From positions 60,001-92,000 of the forward strand of contig NZ_LGHJ01000008.1 of assembly GCF_001306055.1 (NCBI RefSeq): a stretch of DNA of 32,000 nucleotides, read 5' to 3'. The position numbers were made by a program, and so were the translations under genes. Source of the stretch: Bellilinea caldifistulae (lineage in GTDB: Bacteria; Chloroflexota; Anaerolineae; Anaerolineales; Anaerolineaceae). The number at the start of each line of letters is the position of its first letter. Positions within the stretch are counted from its first letter, which is position 1. This document shows, piece after piece, positions 25,031 to 32,000 of the stretch. The notes below the pieces were generated by a model. That model was not told the origin of the DNA, searched no databases, and worked only from the letters and a program-made list of their open reading frames with translations.

Positions 25031-25890
25031 CAAGTCGCAGGGCCATAGATGTCCATTCGTCGCACGTACCAGGTGCCCACGCCGAACACAATTAGAAACA
25101 ATGTGATGTTATAGATGAGCGACCATTCCATTGAAAATCCGGGCACATTCGGATCAAAGAACGTGTGTCGTAACAGCATTGATTGAGATCCAGGTAGCCA
25201 ACGACTCAAATACGGGTTGTCGATTCCCAAAAGCCAGGAAATAATCGTCACAACCGAGATCGCGCTAAAGCCATAGAAAGAGCGTCTGCTGATAAGTGAT
25301 AAGGTCAACTGCATAGAAGCCAGCGCGTATAGAGTGCTACTGAACAAGATGAAAATCCACCCCAGAAGTGCACCAATTTCCATACCCATTGGCATAACCC
25401 ACATATCACCAGAAATCATCAGTTTGCTTGGTTGCCAGGACCAGGGCAATACGATTGATCCCCCGGCTAAGACTGCAAAAACAATCACCAATACATATCC
25501 GATCGCAAAGATCCATAAGGCAACTGCTTTTCCAAACCACCAGCGAAGTCGAGAACCAACCAATGGGACAACCGCATATCCCCTATACAGCAATTCGCCA
25601 ATGGCAATGTCACCGAACAGATAGAAGAAAAGGATATGGGATATTAGCCAGGGCAATGCCTGTAGCAAAGAATAACCCCAAACGCCCGGCCCGGAAAATG
25701 AAACGAAGAAGGCATCCCAAAGATTAACTGTCATTGCACCCTGGGAGGAACTTAACCGCTCGACAACTTGTATTGCACTGCGCCAACCTATGAATCCAAA
25801 GAGAACAAATACTCCGGCGAGGGAATGCCATCGCAGCGAAGTTCGCAGGTTCCAGCATATCGTGGTGAATAATGGAGCACTGCTCATCAT
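25030..25890 (-). CDS. ABC-associated polytopic membrane protein (paralogue of next gene)
   Basis: It has about six TM segments. NLWDAFFVSFSGPG...VGSRLRWWFGK parallels NSWDALFSVFGNGN...VGSRRRWWLSK in 25887..26747. The stop and start overlap by 4 nt. Confidence 0.7.
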   Translation of the reverse strand: MMSSAPLFTTICWNLRTSLRWHSLAGVFVLFGFIGWRSAIQVVERLSSSQGAMTVNLWDAFFVSFSGPGVWGYSLLQALPWLISHILFFYLFGDIAIGELLYRGYAVVPLVGSRLRWWFGKAVALWIFAIGYVLVIVFAVLAGGSIVLPWSWQPSKLMISGDMWVMPMGMEIGALLGWIFILFSSTLYALASMQLTLSLISRRSFYGFSAISVVTIISWLLGIDNPYLSRWLPGSQSMLLRHTFFDPNVPGFSMEWSLIYNITLFLIVFGVGTWYVRRMDIYGPAT

Positions 25891-26747
25891 TGCTCTCTAT
25901 GTATAAAATCTTGTTTGTGGGCAAACTTGAATCCAACGATCAGTAAAATGGAACACCATAAAACCCAGTAATATATTGAAGTCGGTAGTGATGGATACGG
26001 TGTTATTACGTCACCAAAAGAGTGGAGGTTAAATAACAGGTGTTGATGGATAGACAGGTAAGCATAAGGAAGGGGTAAGTTCGCCCTCAAAGCGACCAGC
26101 CCGCTAAAGTTAGCAATGACGCCGGCGGTAAACCCAACCAGATAGTGATTAGAAAGCAGGGTGAAGCACATGACCAACAGTCCCATGCTAAACCATCCAA
26201 GCGATAGTAGAAGAAGAAGCCATCGAATAGCAGATGTGGATGAAATGGTTAATGCTTCTGGATTAAGATTAAATTCCTGTGGATATTGTAGAACTGCTTG
26301 GCTCCAGGAATTATCCCAGGGAAGGACAAACGTGGCTGTCATTGCAACAATCCCAACGTTCAAACCAGTATAACAAAACACCGCTAATCCTAAAATCAGG
26401 ACTTTACTCAACCACCAACGTCTTCGCGAGCCCACGCGTAACAAGGCGAGTTGACCAATCCCCGACTCGAGAAACATGTCGCTGACCAGGTAGAGATAAA
26501 GCGGATTAAGCACAAAAAATATCAGATTGCCATTGCCGAAAACGCTAAATAAGGCATCCCATGAATTGCTGCTCAACCCGTAATTTCTGGCACGAACCAG
26601 CACCCCCCCAATAACAATATACGAAATAAACAGAATTGTAGGGATCGGCAATAACCAGCGCATGCGCAGTAATTTTTGCTCGATTTGGAAGTACAGGTAG
26701 CGCACAGGGATTATCCTCTGTCGTTGCTTCTTTGTTAATTTTCTCAA
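25887..26747 (-). CDS. ABC-associated polytopic membrane protein
   Basis: It is a paralogue of 25030..25890 and has 4-nt overlaps on both sides. Confidence 0.7.
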   Translation of the reverse strand: MRKLTKKQRQRIIPVRYLYFQIEQKLLRMRWLLPIPTILFISYIVIGGVLVRARNYGLSSNSWDALFSVFGNGNLIFFVLNPLYLYLVSDMFLESGIGQLALLRVGSRRRWWLSKVLILGLAVFCYTGLNVGIVAMTATFVLPWDNSWSQAVLQYPQEFNLNPEALTISSTSAIRWLLLLLSLGWFSMGLLVMCFTLLSNHYLVGFTAGVIANFSGLVALRANLPLPYAYLSIHQHLLFNLHSFGDVITPYPSLPTSIYYWVLWCSILLIVGFKFAHKQDFIHREQ

Positions 26748-27547
26748 ATTCTACTTTTCACCTTGTGTGCCATAACGAAGTACAGCACGGTGCTGATGAG
26801 AAATACGCCTCCTAAATTGGTTAACACGTTCAGCCACGTAATATGATTCAACCAGTGGGGGACAAAAGCTGAAACAGGCGACCAGGCCGGTATCCCTAGA
26901 ATCGCCAAACCGTAATGGACTATATTGTAAAGGACGAAAGGCGTTGCCAGGACGATGTAGCGATTGTCCGTGAGCGCAGAAAGCGATAATCCAAAAATCG
27001 CGTAAGTTGCCCCAAACAAAAAACTTAATGCGATCAGGGACAAGATATATAGATCAGGCGCTGATTTGTACAAAGCGCCAAACGGTCCGAGAGCCTCCGG
27101 CATAGATAGTACACGCTGCTCAAACGGATCTGGATTTAAACCTCTGGGTAGAACAAGATTCGTGAAGGCAAAGTATAACAGCATCGGTAAAGACACGGCC
27201 AGGCCGCCGGATAAGAAAGAGATCGCGTATTTCGCCGAGAGGTAGCAGCGATAGGTAGTCCTGCTCAGAACGAGACGTAAATAGCCCAACCCGCGATCGT
27301 GAGCGAATGAGTCTGCGAAAGGTAAAACCGCAATGAGAGGGACAATGAGTCCGATGAGCCCCTTTTGGGCCCAGATCACGGCATCATAGGCATTGTTGTA
27401 AAAAGGAGGCAGTCTGGCAAGATACTCAGGGTCTGAAGGGCCCGACATGTAATCTACATAACCATAGGCCAGGGCGAGAAGTCCTAAAACGACTGCAAAA
27501 AAGAAAGAACGGCTGAGAAAGGCTCGGTTTATCTCTTCACGTAGCAT
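26744..27547 (-). CDS. ABC-2-type permease-like membrane protein
   Basis: It is the first gene of a four-gene translationally coupled operon. It has six hydrophobic spans with a long first external loop. Confidence 0.7.
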   Translation of the reverse strand: MLREEINRAFLSRSFFFAVVLGLLALAYGYVDYMSGPSDPEYLARLPPFYNNAYDAVIWAQKGLIGLIVPLIAVLPFADSFAHDRGLGYLRLVLSRTTYRCYLSAKYAISFLSGGLAVSLPMLLYFAFTNLVLPRGLNPDPFEQRVLSMPEALGPFGALYKSAPDLYILSLIALSFLFGATYAIFGLSLSALTDNRYIVLATPFVLYNIVHYGLAILGIPAWSPVSAFVPHWLNHITWLNVLTNLGGVFLISTVLYFVMAHKVKSRI

Positions 27548-27597
27548 GGCATTTTGTCATTTATTCACAGTTTTGGCTCGACCATTAATTATACGGG

Positions 27598-27638
27598 CAA
27601 CTGCGCGGACGGAGGGAATCGCACTGTCCGCGCAGTTG
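27598..27638 (-). terminator. perfect 13-bp hairpin between secreted-protein gene and ABC operon
   Basis: CAACTGCGCGGAC (27598-27610) pairs with GTCCGCGCAGTTG (27626-27638) around a 15-nt loop. There is no clear U tract. Confidence 0.4.
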
Positions 27639-27665
27639 AGGTGCGTCTCGGGTTAGTGAAGTATT

Positions 27666-28100
27666 TTAGAATCCACAAGATCCAGGATTGTCTGGGCTCC
27701 ACTTCCCAATTGCCTGCACATCAACAGGCGTGGTTATATAAGTGGCGATGCGAGCATGGTATTGCTGGTCCGCTGTAGAAGGATTCAAAGTGTATTCCCT
27801 ACGTTGATTGTCACTAATCGATTGATAACCCGCAGCCACGTTATTGTTAAGGAGCTCGATCCTTGCTCGCAGTGTGTAATCACCCCCTACAGCCTGGCTA
27901 CAAACGACTGCTTTATCGGTTGAGCTCACTTTCGTCTGGTTGTTTGTTGACGTTGAACCACCAAACTTGGGCACAGTGACATTGTAGTTATAAAACGAAC
28001 CTGCCGCAAGGGCTTCTCCTACAACAAAAATGCTGAGGGGCGTTACGAGAAAGACCGAAAGGATCAGACGGGCTTTCTCCAAAACTTTTCTGCGAATCAA
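27666..28100 (-). CDS. secreted hypothetical protein (144 aa)
   Basis: It has a signal-peptide-like N-terminus (LILSVFLVTPLSIFVVGEALAAG) and a beta-rich polar body. The TTG start is uncertain and no SD is visible. Confidence 0.5.
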   Translation of the reverse strand: MIRRKVLEKARLILSVFLVTPLSIFVVGEALAAGSFYNYNVTVPKFGGSTSTNNQTKVSSTDKAVVCSQAVGGDYTLRARIELLNNNVAAGYQSISDNQRREYTLNPSTADQQYHARIATYITTPVDVQAIGKWSPDNPGSCGF

Positions 28101-28223
28101 GCAAATGGATATGTTCGATTGTATATGACATTATGCTTTTTACCAGTTCATCTCCTTTCTACCCTTCACGGGCTTCAGGGTTTTTCCTTTTCTCATCAGA
28201 CATACATTTGTTATTTTTTAGAA

Positions 28224-28616
28224 TCATGGCAACCGTGCAATGGCAAGTAAGCCAGCTAAAAAAATTAACCCTGCGGAAGGAAGCAACAAAGGTCCCATAC
28301 TGAACCGCGCTAGGTAAACACCGAGGGTGAGAATTCCACCGATCACCAGCCATGCGACACTGGTTAGGGCGAGGGTCCCGCTTTTTTTGATCGCTAACCA
28401 GATCGAAGTAAGACAGAGACACAGCAGAAGAGCTAAAATTGGTAAGGCGTTTCCACCGATACTGAAAGCTAAACTAATGCTCATTTCACCTCGTAGGACA
28501 GCTCCCAGATCCAACTGGTGAAATGTTACGCCGATGGCGAGGATTCCTCCCCATACCCCTCCTAGGAGCCCTAGAACTCGCCCGATTCGGCTGACCGCTA
28601 TCTTATTTCCAGACAC
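28224..28616 (-). CDS. four-TM membrane protein, paralogue of the LuxR regulator's membrane domain
   Basis: GTG 28616 is the probable start, because the listed start 28679 overlaps the upstream ORF by 77 nt. WLVIGGILTLGVYLARFSMGPLLLP parallels WAVIGFLQAYFVYLGRFTIGLFLLP in 29509..30123. Confidence 0.55.
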   Translation of the reverse strand: MSGNKIAVSRIGRVLGLLGGVWGGILAIGVTFHQLDLGAVLRGEMSISLAFSIGGNALPILALLLCLCLTSIWLAIKKSGTLALTSVAWLVIGGILTLGVYLARFSMGPLLLPSAGLIFLAGLLAIARLP

Positions 28617-28938
28617 GGTAGCGCACCCTTCCGGCCGGCACAACGCTTCCTGAGTAAGTTCCATAACCCCCACATCCACCCTGGTAATCTACTGTCATAT
28701 CGTTATAAAGGGTAATGTTGTAGGATGGCTGGCCTCCACAAAATGGCCCGCCCTGACAATAGAAACTGGCATCCCCTCTCGCCCAGGCAACTTGAGAACT
28801 CGTGTAACCTTTGGTTGCGTGAGGGCCACTGCTTCTGTACCACCAAGGATAATAAGTGGTTGCTGTGGTAGAACCTCCAGAGAGAGTAACCTTTACATTG
28901 TCCCAAGAGTAAGTTTGATCGGTCTGAATAGCGATCAT
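28603..28938 (-). CDS. Cys/Gly/Tyr-rich polypeptide, in frame with the upstream secreted ORF
   Basis: It has no signal peptide or good RBS of its own. It lies in the same frame as 28978..29364, separated by a single TGA and 13 sense codons. Confidence 0.45.
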   Translation of the reverse strand: MIAIQTDQTYSWDNVKVTLSGGSTTATTYYPWWYRSSGPHATKGYTSSQVAWARGDASFYCQGGPFCGGQPSYNITLYNDMTVDYQGGCGGYGTYSGSVVPAGRVRYRVWK

Positions 28939-28977
28939 GTCTAAATAAATGACATCCTCTTCAAAAGTTCTCAGCTG

Positions 28978-29364
28978 TCAGGTATCCACAGTCAGGATCG
29001 AATCCCCCACCCTCAAGTCGTTATTTTGGGTATTCGGTTGATCGGATGCAGGAACTTCTACCGCTTCGACTGTCTTTTCGTCTACCGGTTGCTGGGAAGG
29101 ATTGGTTACCCAGGTCGGAACCGATGTCAGTCTGGTTTCACTGACTAGAACTGGGTTGCAGTTCTCGTCGAACTCGTAAGCAGCTTCTGCAAATACCACC
29201 CCATCCTTTCCCCCAACGTAAAGCGGCGGAAACTTCCAGGTGCCAGTGCAAACCTTTTGATCGTTTTTGCGAGGATCCAATCTCCCGCTCGCGATAGCTG
29301 GAGTTCCTTGAAACAAGTTCAAGCCGAACAGCAGAGCAGTCAGCAAAGCAAAAAATTGTTTCAT
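28978..29364 (-). CDS. secreted hypothetical protein (N-terminal part of a possibly longer product)
   Basis: GGAGG lies upstream and the signal peptide is MKQFFALLTALLFGLNLFQGTPAIASG. It ends at an in-frame TGA. Confidence 0.6.
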   Translation of the reverse strand: MKQFFALLTALLFGLNLFQGTPAIASGRLDPRKNDQKVCTGTWKFPPLYVGGKDGVVFAEAAYEFDENCNPVLVSETRLTSVPTWVTNPSQQPVDEKTVEAVEVPASDQPNTQNNDLRVGDSILTVDT

Positions 29365-29423
29365 GGCAGGCCTCCGTGGTACACCGTAAGCAAAAACGAA
29401 AAAGGGAACAAACTTTTGCTTTC

Positions 29424-29452
29424 AGTCTACGGATGGAGACCCATCTCGTCAA
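29424..29452 (-). promoter_or_regulatory. candidate promoter TTGACG-N17-TAGACT for the secreted-protein gene
   Basis: On the - strand, TTGACG is at 29452-29447 and TAGACT at 29429-24. A leader of about 55 nt follows, ending in GGAGG. Confidence 0.4.
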
Positions 29453-29472
29453 TGACTCTAAGAGATTAATTA

Positions 29473-29505
29473 TGGATTAATGTTGGATTATTCCCAATTA
29501 ATCCA
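29473..29505. promoter_or_regulatory. 9-bp perfect inverted repeat TGGATTAAT-N15-ATTAATCCA (candidate operator)
   Basis: The arms lie at 29473-29481 and 29497-29505, just upstream of the candidate -35 and just downstream of the LuxR gene stop. Confidence 0.4.
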
Positions 29506-29508
29506 TGG

Positions 29509-30123
29509 CTATGATCGGGGTAAATCGTTTGGACGTAAGCCTGCTTTTATTGCAAGTGCTGACGCTTCACCGCGAGAGGAACAATTAAGCTTCTTTAGAA
29601 TCTGATGAACATGATGACGAACGGTATTTTGACTGACGACTAAAAACTTAGCGATATCCTTATTACTCTTTCCTTGCGTGATCAAAATTAATACCTGACG
29701 TTCCCGAGAAGTCAGTGTGGAAAGGATTTCTTCTTCTCCATTTAGCTGCTTAGTTAGTGGGGGATCAATATAAGTTGCTTCCTTTACTGGCCGATCCTTT
29801 TTATTGTAGATTATTCCCCAAAAAGCGGCTACAAGGAGCAGCAGAACTTGCGGAAGCAAAAAAAGGCCGATAGTGAAACGGCCCAGATAGACAAAATAAG
29901 CCTGTAAAAAGCCGATAACAGCCCAGATGAGAACAGAATTCGGAATCTTAAAGGGTTTCAGGGCAGAAATGACCACCAATAAATTGCCAATGGCCAGGAG
30001 GATAATGAAAGGCGAAGCGTTCCAATCCTGGTTGATAACGATGTTGAAAAGAACTGTCGTTGCGACGCCTAGTCCCAGTAATCCGCCCAGGAAAGCAATG
30101 ATTCGCGGCAGATTATCAGACAT
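29509..30123 (-). CDS. membrane-anchored LuxR/FixJ-type HTH regulator (no receiver domain)
   Basis: GGAGG lies upstream. It has four N-terminal TM segments and a C-terminal HTH (LTSRERQVLILITQGKSNKDIAKFLVVSQNTVRHHVHQILKKL). Confidence 0.85.
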   Translation of the reverse strand: MSDNLPRIIAFLGGLLGLGVATTVLFNIVINQDWNASPFIILLAIGNLLVVISALKPFKIPNSVLIWAVIGFLQAYFVYLGRFTIGLFLLPQVLLLLVAAFWGIIYNKKDRPVKEATYIDPPLTKQLNGEEEILSTLTSRERQVLILITQGKSNKDIAKFLVVSQNTVRHHVHQILKKLNCSSRGEASALAIKAGLRPNDLPRS

Positions 30124-30646
30124 TTTAAACCTCCATCATTATGTTAGTCTCCCTTTCAATCGTTAGTAGCCTTCTCGCTAATTAATATACGCGTGAAACT
30201 TATATCAGTTTATCATGTGCAACCTGTCCAACATCGTTATTGCTACAGATATAAACTCCTGTTGATAGGCACCTATATTTTCGTATTGTAAATCGAGAAC
30301 TACCCCAACGAAGACGGAAATCAAGTTTAGATCGATATTGGGAAGGTATTCTGTGGTCTGCTGGGTTTGTTACTCCAAAGCATCTCCAATTCTTAATGGC
30401 AGGCCTCAATCCCAATTGATTCTCTGGAATTATTTCCATGCGAATCGGTTTTTACAAAAGCGTGGAATTCTAACGTCGGCGAATAAAAAGTAATAGGAAT
30501 TTTAGTCAGGAGGTGTAACCCAACTAAGTCTTCGATCAGGACCATTGTTCACAAAAGCTAATGAATATTTTACCCCCCAAGGGGACCCATTGCCCCTCAG
30601 GGGCAACGCGTCTTCCAGGGGGTAATACACAATGGAGGATACACAC

Positions 30647-32000
30647 ATGAGACTTGCAGGCATTGAAAAGGGAGGGTTTTATCCCTACCCAAACCACATG
30701 GCGGAAGCTACGGCTTCCTGGTTCATCCCGCCACCAGCGGGAACACGCGGGCGACTGCTCGATCCCTGCGCCGGTGAGGGCGAAATCGCCAGCCTCCTGG
30801 GCAGGCTGCTCAACTGCGAAACCTGGGGCTGCGAGCTGTTCCCCTATCGCGCCGAGAAAGCCGCCGCCCGCATGGACAAGTGCCACAACGCCGCCTGGGA
30901 GAGCTGTTCCCTGACCGACGAGTCGGTCACACTCTTATGGCTCAACCCGCCTTATGATGACGACCGGCACGGTAACGAGAAGCGGCTCGAGCTGGCTTTC
31001 CTGAAATCCACCACGCCCAAGTTGGTGCACGGCGGTGTGCTGGCGTTCGTCATCCCACAGCGCATCTTGCGACTGGTGGAGATCGCCCGCTACCTGGCGA
31101 GCCAGTACGAATGTCTCACCATCTTGCGTTTTACGGACGGCGAGTATGAGCGCTTCAAGCAAATTTTGCTTCTAGCGACACGGCGAGATAAGTACAACAT
31201 TCCCCACATCGAAGAGATCGAAGCCATCCAGCGCCTGGCGGAGAGTGATCTAGCGCCGTTAGGATTTGCCCCAGAGCCGATCTATCCGCTGTTGCCTGCC
31301 CCGCTGAAAGGCGCCGGCGGCAGGGCGATCACCTTTCGCCGGCTGGATTGGGCTCCTGACGACCTGGTGGAAGCCAGCCGCTGGGCGGGTGTGCGCAAGA
31401 CCCGCGCCTGGCAGGATCTGGTTCATCCGGTCAACAGCGAGGTTGCTTTCACCCCCACCATGCCGCTCAAGAAAGGTCACCTGGCGATGTTGATGGCTTC
31501 CGGCTTGATGGGAACCTTGAACCTGACGGACGATGAGGGTCACCTCATGCTGGTCAAAGGCAGAGTGATCAAGGTGGTGGATAAAACCACTCACCGCGAC
31601 GATCACGACCCCGACACCCTGGTCGAGCGTTTCCGTGACCGCTACGTGACCACGGTGGCTACGCTGAGAGCCGCCCACGGCCTGGAGATCATCGAGGACA
31701 CGGAGCGCCTGACCGACTTCATGAAGGCGCACGGCGACAAGATCGCCGCCCACACCCTGGCAGCCTACCGTCCGCTTTATGACCTGAAGCCCAGCGAAGA
31801 AGAGTTAGCAATCCTTGATCGTCTGGGCAAGCAGCGCAAGCCATTGCCCGGTCAGTCCGCTCCTGGCCTGCTCCCTACCCAGAAGCACGCCGCCATCGCC
31901 GCCGCACGGGCAATCCAGATTCACCGGACGGCCAACATTCAGGGGGAGATGGGGTCCGGCAAGAGCTCAATTGGCCTGGCTGTCATTGAGCTGCTCGACG
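30647..32000 (+). CDS. N6-adenine-type methyltransferase fused to a P-loop helicase, 3' end beyond window
   Basis: It is absent from the ORF track because no stop is reached. GGAGGA at 30634-30639 precedes the ATG. The N-terminus is MRLAGIEKGGFYPYP, motif I-like is LLDPCAGEGE, motif IV is LWLNPPYDD, and GEMGSGKS lies near 31945-31968. Confidence 0.8.
   Translation, partial: MRLAGIEKGGFYPYPNHMAEATASWFIPPPAGTRGRLLDPCAGEGEIASLLGRLLNCETWGCELFPYRAEKAAARMDKCHNAAWESCSLTDESVTLLWLNPPYDDDRHGNEKRLELAFLKSTTPKLVHGGVLAFVIPQRILRLVEIARYLASQYECLTILRFTDGEYERFKQILLLATRRDKYNIPHIEEIEAIQRLAESDLAPLGFAPEPIYPLLPAPLKGAGGRAITFRRLDWAPDDLVEASRWAGVRKTRAWQDLVHPVNSEVAFTPTMPLKKGHLAMLMASGLMGTLNLTDDEGHLMLVKGRVIKVVDKTTHRDDHDPDTLVERFRDRYVTTVATLRAAHGLEIIEDTERLTDFMKAHGDKIAAHTLAAYRPLYDLKPSEEELAILDRLGKQRKPLPGQSAPGLLPTQKHAAIAAARAIQIHRTANIQGEMGSGKSSIGLAVIELLD

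Larger units (their letters stand above)
24179..30570. other. AT-richer compositional island, all genes on - strand, interrupting a + strand gene array
   Basis: Base composition drops sharply relative to both flanks, visible by eye (for example 30181-30240). Codon and amino-acid usage shifts toward Ile/Asn/Lys/Phe. Confidence 0.7.

Noticed and set aside
28978-28980. In-frame TGA as selenocysteine or a recoded codon
   Set aside because: There is only a weak 5-bp hairpin downstream and no sel genes in the window. TGA clearly terminates neighbouring genes (for example at 25030-25032 and 25887-25889).
30200-30439. 79-aa - strand ORF in the AT-rich region upstream of the LuxR gene
   Set aside because: It has basic low-complexity composition, no RBS and no recognisable motif. 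It may be a decayed gene fragment but cannot be supported.
30561-30650. 29-codon upstream ORF ending in ATGA overlap with the methyltransferase start
   Set aside because: It has no RBS, and its sequence is dominated by the nested inverted repeats. The structure, not coding, is the likelier signal.

Overview
The window reads as part of a conjugative or otherwise mobile element in a visibly GC-rich bacterium. No integrase, relaxase, rRNA, tRNA or CRISPR array was found. It has four blocks.

(1) 3-14080, + strand. This is a tightly packed operon. Two membrane proteins and a ~1150-aa HerA/VirB4-like P-loop ATPase with a long hexad-repeat insert come first. A Tad/Flp pilus locus without a secretin follows: cpaB, tadZ, cpaF, tadB, tadC, an ICMT-family methyltransferase, a third TadB/C-like membrane protein, prepilin peptidase, a 48-aa Flp pilin missing from the ORF track, tadE and tadG.

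(2) 14081-17365. This is a lower-GC cassette on the - strand with three genes: a secreted beta/gamma-crystallin-like protein, a histidine kinase and an OmpR-type regulator. It is bracketed by the tadG 3' end and a diverged second copy of that 3' end.

(3) 17409-24129, resuming at 30647, + strand. A near-consensus promoter drives a compact DNA-metabolism module. It encodes an OB-fold SSB-like protein, a SWIM-Rad52 annealing-protein fusion, canonical SSB, several small zinc-finger proteins (one acidic with an SSB-like DIPF tail), a RadC fusion, and a large N6-methyltransferase/helicase that runs off the window. The module resembles the leading (early-entry) region of a conjugative element.

(4) 24179-30570, - strand. 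This clearly AT-richer island interrupts block 3. It carries an ABC ATPase with three permeases, secreted proteins (one split by an in-frame TGA), and a membrane-anchored LuxR regulator with a stand-alone paralogue of its membrane domain.

The best candidates for something new are:
- the Tad pilus plus giant ATPase assembly;
- the leading-region-like gene set with its structured 577-nt non-coding gap;
- repeated non-coding elements shared between blocks 1 and 3.

All functional calls come from motifs read in the translations. No database search was possible.
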